Source of the DNA: Bigelowiella natans CCMP2755
Taxonomy: Eukaryota; Protista; Cercozoa
DNA length: 64,000 nt
NCBI GenBank assembly: GCA_000320545.1
Contig: ADNK01000247.1
Coordinates: forward strand, 1 to 64,000
Direction: 5' to 3'
Program-made: the position numbers and the translations under genes
The notes under the pieces: generated by a model
Database searches by the model: none
What the model was told of the DNA's origin: nothing
The model's input: only the letters and a program-made list of their open reading frames with translations
Shown: positions 11,427 to 24,674 of the stretch, in pieces
Layout of the letters: every line of letters begins with the position of its first letter
How positions within the stretch are numbered: the first letter of the stretch is position 1

Positions 11427-12464
11427 ATGCAAGAGGAAGACACAAAGGAGAATGCCTTGATTCTGGCCGTCATAACAGGCCTTCCTGGGATAGGCAAAAG
11501 TTATTTCCTGAAAAAATTAGTGGTTGAACTGTCAAGATCCCTAGACCCCATAGCACAGACTCTACGGGGACGATTTTGCATGGTACAGAAAGATGAAATA
11601 ACTTTTGAGGCAAGATCAGCAAAGCGGGGAAAACCGAGGCTATCGGATATAATAAAGATCACGATGGATAGACTTCGAAAGGTTGCGCAGGAGTATAACT
11701 CAAGAACCAGTCCGGGGCCATCCCGACAGCCACTCGTGCTCGTGTTTAATATGAACATAAACAGGGACTGGCTACAGGCACTATCCAAAAGCATCCGAGA
11801 GGAAGGATATTTTCTTACAAGAACCGTACTTTTGTCTCCGTCTAAGGAATTAACATTCCAGCAACTACAAGCGGCAGCGGTGGTCCTCTCTACGGATGTT
11901 CGGACAGGGGAGGAAAGCAAGGACGAGGCCTCGACCCTATCTCCGTCTAAGGCATGGAAAGTCTTAACGAGCAAGCACTTCAGTAACTCCAGGGTCATCG
12001 CGAGCCCGGGAATGGTGGCAAAGATCGTTCATGCCAGAGATATGAAGAAAGTGAAGCGAGTGCACTATCCAGTTCCCCGGTTAAATTCCTCTGTTTATAT
12101 TCACAAAAACAGGATACCCAAGGCACGCCCTACAGATTGGAAAGCCGGCAACCTTGACTTTCCTTCCGATCTGGAGGTGAGAACTGCCATTTCGTCCGTT
12201 TTTAGAGCATTTCACATGGGAATCGTGAAGAGCGAGGGAGACAATGAAAAGGTCGTTGATAACATCCCTAACGACAAACCGGGAAGGCAGGAAAAAGCTG
12301 GTAACGCAAAGAACGCAAAGATTGGCATCAATGACGACAATTCGGGACACAATAAAAAGGCTGGTAACGTAAAGAACACCAAGACAGGCATCAATGACAT
12401 GAAAATGAACAAACAAGATCGAAGCAGGTGCAGGTGCAGGTGGCAGTCATGTCTCCTTTCGTAA
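11427..12464 (+). CDS. Intronless P-loop NTPase/kinase (polynucleotide-kinase-like) with C-terminal CaaX box
   Basis: Hydrophobic strand plus Walker A in LILAVITGLPGIGKS. Two 21-aa repeats lie near the C-terminus, which ends RSRCRCRWQSCLLS*. First in-frame ATG is at 11427. Confidence 0.75.
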   Translation: MQEEDTKENALILAVITGLPGIGKSYFLKKLVVELSRSLDPIAQTLRGRFCMVQKDEITFEARSAKRGKPRLSDIIKITMDRLRKVAQEYNSRTSPGPSRQPLVLVFNMNINRDWLQALSKSIREEGYFLTRTVLLSPSKELTFQQLQAAAVVLSTDVRTGEESKDEASTLSPSKAWKVLTSKHFSNSRVIASPGMVAKIVHARDMKKVKRVHYPVPRLNSSVYIHKNRIPKARPTDWKAGNLDFPSDLEVRTAISSVFRAFHMGIVKSEGDNEKVVDNIPNDKPGRQEKAGNAKNAKIGINDDNSGHNKKAGNVKNTKTGINDMKMNKQDRSRCRCRWQSCLLS

Positions 12465-12785
12465 GTTAGCATGCGACAGCATCGTAAATGATAATATCGT
12501 CAATGCACTACGTGTGGATCTCGACCAATGATTAGCATGATGGCGTGAAACGTGGTACAGTACGTACCCGTGGCTCACATAGCATATGATCTAGCAAATA
12601 TGGATAAAATCTCTATCATCTACATCAGCATCTTTCATTGATAGAAACTCAGAGTATTAATGATAATTTAACTCATATTTATTATCAATCTGCCCGCCAA
12701 GATGTCCATTATAGATCGACGACCAGCAGGAAAGCACCGAATGATTTAGCGTGAAATCTACAATAGACACAACGTATATTCTTGT

Positions 12786-12866
12786 ATGAGACGGATGTAA
12801 TGAAATGATTACACTTTTTCAATGGTCATCCTAATATAGCTATACATATTTCATATTTTCATATTA

Positions 12867-12912
<46 letters not shown>

Positions 12913-13619
12913 TGTAATGGCATAATGGGCGCATCCGTCTCATAATATATACATATTATATAAAATATTATTAAATAAACATCGTCTCATATGTAATGGG
13001 CGCAACAATAGGTCACATAGCATTTGAAAACATGAAGCACATAATCGCATAAAACAAATAAATATAATCTTAGCGCTGTACGTAACCACCGTCTTAAATA
13101 ATTATATTAGGATGACCATTGAAAACATTCGATCATCCATTACATACTTCTTGCATAATATATGAGACAAAGGAAATGTAATGGTCGTATTCTTATAGTA
13201 GCATTGTCTTCAATGATTACCCTAATCTAGTAATATAGCTATGCAAACCTGCGGCTACGATACTGCACATAATAGTATTTATTTTCCGCAATGACGTGTT
13301 CCATTCTAGCCAAAAAAAATCATTGATATGTTGATCGACTGCTATCATGGACCGCAAAGACGACACCAAACTTTTGACAACAGCTAAAAGATGAGCATTT
13401 ACTGCTGCGCGTACTGCACGACATTGAAGACATGATGTGGATGCTTTTAAATGCACGTGGAAGCAAGCACACACAATGGCAGAAACAAACAGATGCAACA
13501 TAAGCGCTGTACGTAGCCGCTGATAATCTGTCTAACGCGTACATAGATCACATAGCCACATATAATTAACAATGGCCATTGAAAAGATTTTATTAATCAC
13601 TTCATTAGATCCGTCTCAT
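12786..13619. mobile_element. Non-autonomous DNA transposon/MITE-like element with imperfect terminal inverted repeats
   Basis: ATGAGACGGATgTAATGAAaTGATTA..TTTTCAATGGtCAT at 12786 is inverted at about 13572-13619. A further inverted end lies at about 13103-13145, and internal CGTCTCAT motifs at about 12936 and 12983. AT-rich with no credible ORF. Confidence 0.6.
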
Positions 13620-14108
13620 TGATTATGTGCTACGACTGTATATGCACCACTGCAGTGAGCCACGTGCACGTCGCTGGGTATTGCTATCTAGCTCTGACGC
13701 GATGCACACATGCATGGTGTCATTGCTGCAATGAGTGCGTGTTGATACGAATGTGATAGGTGACATGTGATTGATGTAGCGTGCAATTGCTCTGACGTCG
13801 CGGTGGTAGTGGCGGCTGCAAATTTGGTGCGCACGTAACAACGTCTAGATGTACCAAAGTGTCTCGGTTACGCTGAGACCTCTAAGCAAGATCTCGTGAT
13901 CATTTTCATTTTATTATCTTCATGTGAATTCAACAGAAGTGTCTTCAGGTTGTCTGATTCTGAAATTACTTCGCTTTCTTGGGGCCTTGTCATCGTTGGA
14001 CTCTGTCGTTTGCTAACGGCAAATTCATCAGTGGCGGACTCCTCAAACGCGTATTCATTCCAAATCCGAGCGTTTTTCAATCTTCATTCTATCATAATTT
14101 GGTCTTAT

Positions 14109-14896
14109 TTATAGATTTGTTGGATTAGGAGACGTGTCTTCATTTAAGGGTACTATTTTATCATTTGTTCGTGAAGGTAGGGCTAATAATTTCGATTTGT
14201 GTCTCGCAGTCTGTGAAGCGCCTTTCTCCTGTAAACCCTCGGGTTTTGCAGAATAAGCATGTCCATTCTGGAAATCGAGAGTACACTGAAAACAGATAAA
14301 AGTACACCATAAAACATATAAAAACACGGTGCAGTGGAGACTGAGAATGGTTTTCTATCGATCTTAATCTCGTGAACGAGGAAATTAGAGGCTCAACATG
14401 AAAGCACAGGAGGAGCAAAATACTTCGTTCTTCGAGGAAATTAGTATAGATAGTGATTTTTTTAATACTCAAGCGCTAAATTGAAGGAGTGGTAAGGTAC
14501 CTCGGTGTCCGGACAAATGACGCCCTTTTCCTCTAGGTTGATCCAAACCGATTGCAATTCCATCCCGCAAAGGCACTTACCCAGTTTCCTTTTCCCTTGT
14601 TTCTTTTCCCTCTTTCTCATTCTCCTGTTGACACTAGGCGCGTCTCTCATGGTGTCGGAAGTAAACACGGGTTGGTGCTCCGCAGAAGAACGGGAGGTCG
14701 TAGGAGAGTATTCAGGGGTTTTTCGCTCCACGGGATACAGCATCTCCTCTTTCAGCATTCTCTTCCTTGGGCAGTAAGCATGAGGGGAGGTTCGTCTTTT
14801 TCGACGTGACAACGTTATTGAATCCATCCGTGTAGCATGAGATTTTCGAACCAACTCAGCTGCGGCCAGAGGGACGGCCTTGCAGTGGGTAGACAT
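14109..14896 (-). CDS. Hypothetical protein with CxC...Cx4C zinc-ribbon-like motif (2 exons)
   Basis: Exons 14896-14501 and 14285-14109 join in phase 0 to give KCLCGMELQSVWINLEEKGVICPDTECTLDF. Confidence 0.5.
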
Positions 14897-14981
14897 GCCG
14901 TGAGACGCGTGGAGTCTGTCCTCAGGAAGGCTGTAAATTCTCTACGACATGATCATTTTGTTGTCGCTTAGGTAACAACTA

Positions 14982-16225
14982 ATGCATTCGGAGAATTGCA
15001 TGGGATTTTCCAGAAAATGACAGGTGTGGAGTCGAAGACGATCCCTCAATTTGCCTTTTGTTGAGGCGCTCTGGCGCTGTTGCCAATTGGCTGCTGCGTG
15101 TTTGTGCATGCGTGTTTGTGCACATCTCCCATGTGTTTCTTGCTCATGCAGCTTGCATCAACGCTTCATTCATTGTTCATTGTTCATTGCCACTGTGGGT
15201 GTCGAATTGTTCGAACGAATGCGAATCTCAAATCTTGAACCTGCACATTGCAAGCAAGCTCCAGAGCTGACTGGCCGATGATCCTTGTTGGTCTCATTGG
15301 TCTCCAGGCTGGCCAGCTAGTAGGAACAAGCTCGTTTGTCGAGAGCACTTCTTCACACTTTCGGTTTGGTTGACACTGTTGAGAGTGTCTGTGTCAATTG
15401 GCGCGCTCAGTGGCAAAAATTCGGTTCAACCTTGTCCAGTTGCTTGAAGTGAGTCTTCTTCTCACTTTTTGCTTCTTTTGCGTCCGCACACTGCAAACGT
15501 CTTGCAAGACTTTGGAAGTGCAGTTCATCGCCATTGTTCATTGTTCATTGTTCTTCTTTTTCATCTCCTTCTTCTTCTCTGCGACGTCGTGCAAACGTGA
15601 GGACATCGAGGAGGCTAGGAGGGGCGCTTGTTGGACTCGTGCATGCTCACTCTGGTCCGGGGCACGACCTCCTGAACTTGCGGTGTGCTTGCTTGCACAG
15701 CAGCTAGCTAGAGCTAGCCGTCAGTTTGGGTCGCACATGTCGCACGCACATCTAGACATGCCAGCATGGTCTCCAGATTTGCAGTCTCTTCGACCACATC
15801 ATGCCCGCACGTGCTGGCATGCACAGCTGGACGTGCAGCAAGACTCCAGCACTGTGAGATCGTGCCAATTTGCACGATCCCCGCTGGTTTGCTAGTCAGT
15901 CCTCACTAGACTGGTGAATCCAGTTCGAGGCACTGCTTTTCGTGCACTACAAGTGTCTTGCCACACTTTGGAAGTGCAGTTTTTCATCATTGTTCTCATT
16001 GTTCTCATTGCTGACATGCTAGCAGCATGGCACCACGATGGACAAAGCTTGTTGTGCACAATGCACACGTTGTGACAGATTGCACACAGAACAATGATGC
16101 CATGCACATTGAATCGCACGTCTAGACGTCCAGGTTGTGTGCAAGTGTTCGATTCTTGTTCCATTCGCATGGCTAGTTCTTGTCACTCTGACATGCCACA
16201 CTAGTCATGGTGTCACATCACAATT
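14982..16225. mobile_element. TpA-erased repeat tract containing copies of a dispersed repeat with (TTCATTG)n tails
   Basis: 14 TA in about 1.24 kb, 12 of them in CTAG. Segments 15090-15190 and 15477-15550 are homologous to the reverse complement of 59745-59880 and 59470-59533. Confidence 0.75.
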
Positions 16226-16523
16226 CGTATTTAGTGACTTCGTGTCCATGGATGCACAAATCCATCTGCGCGCAATCAATTCGTGTGGTTGGTTTTGTGT
16301 GACTAGTTGATGTGATGGCGGTGCTTGATCGACCTCTGTAGCAATCAATGTGAGTGATGGATTGCGTGAGCTCAAATGTGCTTTTCAGTTGGTAACACAT
16401 TCGTTCCGTCCTAAAGCTAACGGTGTAATTTTAGTCGATGTTCAACAGCTTCCAAATCCTGATTATAGCAAACACATTCATGACAGATCATATTACGGCG
16501 GCTCTAAGTACATGTATGGCTTT

Positions 16524-18944
16524 TCACAACACATGTGAATCATGCATGTTGCAGCAACATTTGTCTAGTTTTACCGCAAGTCTCGCTCGTAGTCGCTTCA
16601 GCTCTTCTTGGACGACAGACAGGGATGATGAAGATGGTGATGTTGAGGCTCCTGCAATTTCCGCAGCTGATCTGAAACTGTCCTCCTGAAGATGAGCAGG
16701 GGAAGAAGCTGCGCTACTGTTGTTTTTTGACATGTTATTATTGTCCAAAGCTCCATCAACGATCCTGCCCCCTGTACTTGTTCCTCCGCTTATCCCCCCC
16801 TCACTTGTACTATGTGGTGATGTAGATGTCAGATCTGAGGAGGGCGTGAGTAGATGTCCTGCGCCGCGAGACGAGAAACTCCCTGTGCTCCCCCCTCCTG
16901 CTGTAGCAGTAGTGGGAGGGGGAACTTTGAGCGGACTCGGACGTGGGAGAGATTTTAAAGATAATGACGACGGGATGGCACGTGGGGGGGGTTCAAAGGC
17001 GTGGTTCCGCGATGCTACTAGTCTAATCTTTTTCTTTTCTGAGATGAACTGAGAGCAGATGCACAAGTAGGGAAATGTATCACACACCACACGCGCATAA
17101 ACACATGTATGTGTATACTGTATACATGTACATATAACATTGCATTCTGTGTGTGCTTTGTTGTGACACATGTAAAATCTTGCTCGTGAGTTGTCTTTTG
17201 TATTAGAGCTACTCCTACAATACTTATTACATTAAAACGTCTGCTGTTCCTCATCCTGCTGCTATTCCCGTGCTTGTTAGAGTCGATGACAACGGTATCT
17301 TCGTTCTTACTCTTATCCCCTTCATCCTCTCCCTCTCCCGTGACTGCAAGGCGTGGGGACGGAGATGGTGACGGTATTCTGCTGCTGCCACTAGCTTCGG
17401 CATCATCATATTCATTATTCTCCTTATCACCATCCTGTCTGCTGCCGTTGTCCGTCGCTGTAGTCTGCGATGCCTTTTTGATCGTTATCATTCTGGGAAT
17501 ATGTGGTGGTTTTCGTTGCTGCTTCTTAGAAGAGAAGGAGAGAAATGAGGCAGTAGTGACTGGCGTATTACATGATCCCACGTCACTTCCTACCCCCCGC
17601 CCTTGTCTCCCTTCTCCACCGTCTGGATACAAATGACGATGATGAACACTTGGCGTCACAGCCATTGAGGATGGAGTCGCCACTGAGGAGGAGAACCCGA
17701 CTCCAAATTGCGTGCTGCTCGCATTACTACTCACAGTAGTGGGTGTGCTAGAAGTGCCAACGACTTTCAAATCTGCTGCTGACTGGGTAGTTGTCAATGG
17801 AGGGGGGAGCACCACCCTCAACGAGCCATGAGGAGAAGAATTCGACATTATGCTCTTCAGCGTTAGATTACTTCTGGCATTATTATCAGAGTTAGCAGCA
17901 ACGTCAACACTTTTTGGCGAGGTGATCGTCGTCGGTGGCACAGCAGTGGTTGCCAATGTCTTCCTCATACTCTTTCTCATAGCTCCACCCCTGAAGACTG
18001 TCCGTGCCGATTCTATTGTGTTGTTGCGCTGATGCTGGAAAGAGCGAGGAGAAGATGCGACTGCTGCGACAGCTGTTACTGCTGCTGCTGCTGCAATTTC
18101 TGTTGTCGTCGCCTCCATTCCATCAACCACTTTCATTTCTCCACTCTCTTCGCCTCCTTCCCCAGCTCTTCCCCAAGGTGCCGCTGGGAGAATCACAGAT
18201 TTTTTGGACGAGAAAAGAAACTCATCTGTGACCCCTTCAGCTCCGAAAAAGGGGTGCTTCAACACCGCTTTCGAGTCTAGAGATGGTGATTATTATTTGT
18301 AGGTAGTCTCGAAGATATCAGAAGTGTGCATACATGCTACAGACATAAGAACGTAACTATCATCGTGTGAGACTAGGGAAACGTGACGTAAAGGAGGAGG
18401 AGGGAAATGATTGTGACACCAAACATTTTAACGATCTCGGTGGAGTGCAGAAATGCGAAAGAGAAAGGGGTGGGGAAGTGATTCCTTACCCGATATTGTG
18501 CCCAGTCGCCGCCATGGTTTCTTCTGCAAGAGGCGTGTCACAAGGTCCTCGGCCAACGGAGAAATGAATGGCGGAAACTTCGGCTGAAAACAATGATAAT
18601 GACATAGAAGGTAATGATTAGGTGATTAGGACAATGTCAGCGGCGATATCAGTCAATAATCGGTCTAATTTATTCCACTTCCTCGCCCTTTTTGCTAAGT
18701 TCACTATAGGTCACAGGGATTCTACCCTAGCGTTGAGAATACGCAGATACAACTTTTTGACGCTGCGCGAATAGAACGGCGGAATCCCAACCTGAGAATG
18801 TGAGAGACGGGGGAGACGCGGATTGTGCGATAGGCAACACGACCAGGAACATACAAGCGCACATCACATCATAACGACCTAGTGCTCCTAATACCTTCCT
18901 CCTCAACCGAGCAGATACTAACACTGTCAATATCACTACTCGCT

Positions 18945-18985
<41 letters not shown>

Positions 18986-19359
18986 GCGTATATGTGTGCT
19001 TCGAGCTCTTTCACCACTAGTTCGAAGAGCATGACACCAAGAGACCACCAATCTGTGCGGATATCGTGTTCACTCTGAAAATTAGTTCGTCTGGGGTAAG
19101 AGTCTTCGTCGTCCAATAAACAAATAAGAGGAAGAGCGCGGCATGAGGAGGGAAACGGGAGGATAAGGAGGTGGGAAAAGACATTCCTACAACCTACTGT
19201 GTTGTACAGATTCTGTTATGGTGATTCTCACCCCATTAACCAGCATTTCGGGGGAAAGATACTCAATGGTGCCACAGAACGTCCTCTTTGTAGTACCGAA
19301 TTAATAATGATATTCAAAGGCATATAATACAAATCACACATTCACAAACGCGCGCGCTC

Positions 19360-19405
<46 letters not shown>

Positions 19406-20002
19406 TGCATGTGTATATTATCCGCAAGCAGCTCTTTCATTCCTAGTTTAGATCATCCGGGGCGGAATGTTAAATGGCATACTGTCGATGGATATTTCGC
19501 CTCCCCGTACACAACCCCCACGTTCTTGCTAAGTCCGAAACCCTAGAGTATAACGCAGCAGCACAGCCAGGGCAGCACAGAGATGACAAACGGGGAGGAT
19601 GACAAGAAGAAAAAAAGAAATGCTAGGGACGTCTACAACTGATTCCTCTACTGCTACTACCACTATTACCGTAAGAGCAACATGGCCAGTGGCATGATTT
19701 ACAAGTACATTCTCCGGTTTAACATCGCGATGGACGTAGCCCTTCGAATGTAGATGTCCAAGGGCGGAGGCGATCTCCGCCGCATGCACAGAAACGACGC
19801 TTTCAGGAAAACGCTGGATTCGCTGGTGGTTGTGTTGTTGTTGTTGTTGTTGTTGTTATTGGGAGTCCAAAACAAGGGAGAGAGAGAATGCACATATTTA
19901 TGTAATTAAGATGTCACTTAGTGCCTCCATGATCATCGCATATTCATTTTCATTCAATATAAGATCCTCTGCCATCTTCATTGTCGTCAAGGAAATATAC
20001 AC

Positions 20003-20035
<33 letters not shown>

Positions 20036-21246
20036 CGCGCGTGTGTGTGTTTGAATGAATATTATGCATTGGTTCTTTTTATTCATTAATTTGACCTGAA
20101 GATGGTGGTAAAGATCCGTGTCCCCGATATGGCGGTATACTAAGCCAAGGAACTCCATGGCCTGATATGTTGTTTGCTCATACTTTCTCTTCCCATTGGA
20201 TGTGCAGGAGTAAATAGTAGATTATTTGACAAAGACGCCGTCATTTACCGCACTCCATGCGCATGATATCTCTTCATCGTCGTTAAATAACTACCTGAAA
20301 GCTGTGCTGGAGCTCGATGATGAACGGGTGCCTCATCTATGGATCATTGCGTGTGTGAGTGTTGCTGCGATCTAAGCAGGCAGGTAGTGTGGCTGTAGAG
20401 TATGCAAAGAGTATGCAAAGTATATTGACACTAAAGCAGCCGTCATCATAACTTTCATCATGGATTAGCAACAAAGCGCAACCTGCAGCAGGATATTACG
20501 CTCGTTGTTAACCGAGTTGAGTTTCCCTTGCTTGAAGACTAAATCCTTCGATAGAGGAGAGAGGGGCGGGGGGAGAGGATTAGGAAGAGGGAAATATCTA
20601 ATGCTAAAACTAGCACAATGCCATATGAACATAATTAGGCAGGGAATATAAAAATATTGATGATGTCGATAATCCTATCCACGGAACAATTCGAGATCAT
20701 ATTGTAGTATAAAACAACTCTCTCTTTCCCTTTGTTTCTCTCCCCCACTCTCTTTCAGCATATATCCTAAATTAAGTTTCACAAGATTCTCTTCGCTTCT
20801 TTTGCTTCCCTCTACATCATCGTCTTCTTCTTTTTCTTCTTCTTCTTCTTCTTCTTCATTTGCATCTCTTCTTGTAATTGAACGGACCAGGCGCAAGAGC
20901 TTCAGCAGATGGATCTTTAGTGTGAGGATTGCATATAGTAGGAATTGTCCCAACATTATCATCATTTATCAACCCCATTTAAATGCGCGTGCACAGGAAA
21001 AACAGACACGGCGCTCAGATAACTACAACTCTTGCTGCTGTTGCATTACCGTGCTGGTGGCCTTACGCTTCACACGGACAATCATCCCAAACGCGCTCTC
21101 TCCAATCGTCTTAATTAGTTGTGGAGGTGGCGACCCACGAAGAATGAGGCGCAACACAGAAGGAAAATGAAGAGGGGGAGGAAGAGGATGAGGAGTAAGT
21201 TGAAAAGCTCTAGCACTCATCGTGTTTTACCATGTATATGTGCGGC

Positions 21247-21295
<49 letters not shown>

Positions 21296-21506
21296 CTAAT
21301 TATCATTAGTGCTGTCTGCTATCCTTGACCATAAATCCACCCTCCCTCCTCTTTTCCCTATCTCCCTCTAATGCCTAAAACTAGGTCCTACTCGTATTGC
21401 TTGAAAGTCCCTGAGACTGACGTCCGTGTTCCAATAATGGCCCACATACGGCATCTCACCGACCGTCGAAAGTCTGCAGCAACATTAAAATACACACATA
21501 CACATA

Positions 21507-21547
<41 letters not shown>

Positions 21548-23088
21548 TTTTACCCCCCTCACTACTAGTAGTAGAAGTAGTGGTAGTAGCGGTGGTAGTA
21601 GTTGTGTTCATAGCAGTAGTACTACCGTTTTTGTCTGCCCTTCTGGTTAATATCAAGGGTGATACGCTGCGCCTTCTTCTTCTTCTTCTTCTTCTTCTTC
21701 TTCTTTATCCTTTTCTTCATCATCTTTCCAGTTTGTGCCTCATCGTCGCCTCTCAACTCGTCGGCTACGTGATCCGTCTTCCCCACTTCCGTTCCTCCTC
21801 CTCCTCCTCCTCCTCCTCCTCCTCCTAATCTTCTACTACTACCACCTCCAGCAAAAGCCGCCGTAGCTGCTGCTGGTGGTGCTGTTTTACTGTTCTTGCT
21901 TGATACACCGCCACCTATGGAGCTAAGAGCAGATTTGGTCGATTCGAGAAGCAGTCCAAACAGTCCGGAACTGTGGTCATCATCGTCGTAGCCATGAGGC
22001 TGCTGCTTCTGTTTTTGGGGAATAAGGGGAGGGGGGCGGACAAGGGGGCGGGTTGTATGGTCCCCGCCAGCGCGCCAGCGAGAATACTGATGACAATTCT
22101 CGTGGTTGTTGTTGGTGTTGGTGATGGCTGCTTCTGTTGGAAGTGATTGACTTTCATTATTGTAATGCTGCAGAGGGCAATGATGACGAACATCTTCCTG
22201 CTGCTGCCGTTGATGTGGGAGGGACTGAGGACGGTCACGATGTCGGCCATTGCGATTCTGCTGCTGCTGATGATGATGATGCTCATAATCTAGTGCGGTA
22301 GTGGTGTTACGATGCTTCGAGGGGGAACGGCTGTAGTGTCGCTGCCTTCGGGTCCTGCTTCCACCATTTTGATCATCCACATGCTTTCCCCCCTCCATCC
22401 CGGCCTCAATGTCCTCTTTCTTGCTGCTATTAGGCCGAAATTTATTGAGAAACTTCATGAAACCTTTCCTTAGTCCAGAAGTGTGCCGACGCTGACGAGG
22501 ACGCCGCCCCGTTCTATTTCCTCCCCTCTTCTGCAGCCTCTCGCTCTTCGAATCAGCATCATCGTACTCCCAATCATCAGGATCATCCGAATCCCCATCG
22601 TCATCGTCATCGTCATCAGTATCGTCAATGGTTCTGGTCCCGGTGCTTCGAAGGCCCGTCCCCTTCATCAAACGAGAGGAGTGATGCTCGTCCGATTTAG
22701 CTCGTCCAGGTGGATGTGGCATCTGCTGTGTGGTGTCTCGTTCCCCTCCTCTCCTCCTCCTCTGCTCTCTTTCGTTGGCCGTCTTTATTTCCTTCTTATT
22801 CTTCTTCTTCTTCTTTCCGACATCTTTGTTGGGGTTGTTGCCATCGTCACCTTCGTCGCCGTGGTAGCGATGCTCCGCGGCAGCAAAAGAAGGAAAAACG
22901 TCTCCCGGAGGTGACATAGCCTCCAGAATGCTGTTCGGATCCCTTTTCTTCTGTTCCTTCTTCATATTGCCGCTGCTAGTGTCGTTGCTGTCGTCATCAT
23001 TGTAGGCTTCTATGGATTTGGAAGCGGCGATCCTCGGAGGATCAAGCGAGTGAGAGTTTTCGAATGGACCAGCCTCAGAGGGAGCTTC
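16524..23088 (-). CDS. AGC-family Ser/Thr protein kinase with long low-complexity extensions; further 5' exons likely up to about 26 kb
   Basis: Spliced motifs: DFQAIR|TIGESAFGMIVRV, LLK, ERNILLQ, HPFIIELQHSFQ, AAEIASALGHLH..VHRDVKPENVL, DFGLSK, TFCGTIEYLSPE, DWWSLGVMLFEL, GIPPFY, RLG, KHPFF. Confidence 0.9.
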
Positions 23089-23667
23089 TGTGGCAGCAGC
23101 ACGAACACAAGCAAATAGTATTTGCGGCAGGTATATCCACCGCAGCAGTCAGTTGGTTCGTCCAATGATTACGTCTGGGAGATAACTACTACAGCGAGGC
23201 ACTACTGGCCTATCTTACACGCAATTTCTGACCCGCTAATTGTTCATAGGTGGCCTCATACATAACATCCGACATGTGTTAAGGCCATGCCGCATGACAG
23301 GTTCGCTTCGATACTATGTGAAAAGGGAAGGACCACAGATCGGCATAATAATGCTCGTGGTGTGGGAGGGCGTGGGCCATGAAATGCACCAACAACAGCA
23401 ACAACAACAGCAACAACAACAACAACAAAGAAGAAGAGAGGACTGCTACTGCTACCAGCATATCTCCTTTCGTGATCTCCCCTTCTGCTTGAAGATAGCG
23501 CTGGTGGTAGCATGATGGGACTGTTCTTCGGAGAAAATCTCTGAAGCAGCGCACATATATAAGAGGCTCTTTGAAGGATTAGTAACAAGTGGGTGCTTGT
23601 GGAACAGTGAGAACAGAAAAAAGCGAGAATAGAATAAAGAGAGAACAGAATAAAGCGAGAATAAATG

Positions 23668-23709
<42 letters not shown>

Positions 23710-24635
23710 TGGAGAGAGAGAGATAAAACAACCTTGGATGGGCTTGGATAAGACTCCGAAAATCTGAAAGCAGATACGATCATTAGACACGACCAGCAAC
23801 TAGATTATGTTTTGGGTATGATCTATGACATTCGGCATCATCACCACCATCAACTGCAGCAACACAGGGGCGAGTAGGAGTGCTCCAACTACAACTTCTC
23901 ATCACAGTCACGGTAGTAGCAGCTGTAGTAAGTAGTAGTAGTAGTAGTAGTAGTAGTAGCAGTAGCAGCATCTATGCGGAGGTGGCGACATGCATAGATG
24001 TTACATCAATGAAGGTGAAATGGCAGAAGAAGAGAAAATAAAATTCAAAAGGCTGTCAATTTTGGTTCACTGTTCTTCCCCTCATCTGTCCTTACTCCCC
24101 CAATGCTACTAGTGCTTCCTCATTAAGGCCACCACAACTACTACTACAACAAACCTTCCGGATTGCGGTGGTGTTGCTGTTGACCGCATGAATCGATGCC
24201 TACCATCTATGCCCCCCTCGCTATCGTCCTCCATCTATTTCATTATATGCGGGAGGAGCAGGTGGGGAAGAAAACGAGAAAGGCACAAGATGCGTGTGTT
24301 TTGACAGTATTATTGCTGTTGCTGCTGTAATGATCATGCAATCTCATGAATGGTAAGGAGTACTTCGTCGTCAGACATCTCGTCATCCTCCTGCCCCTCC
24401 TCCTCCTCGTTATCGTTGTTATCCAGGACGAGCTCAGTTGTTCTGGTGTTCAGGTGAAGGGGGGGGGGGGGGGGATTATTAGGATGTTCTACTGATGATA
24501 GTTATAGCGATATGGAGGCATTGATGGTCAGTTTCATTGAAACCAAGCGCAGATGATGGAAGATGACGATAATGATTATGACGACGGCTCCGATGAGGAT
24601 TTGTACTAAACTTCTTATTGAGTTATGATAGACAC

Positions 24636-24674
<39 letters not shown>

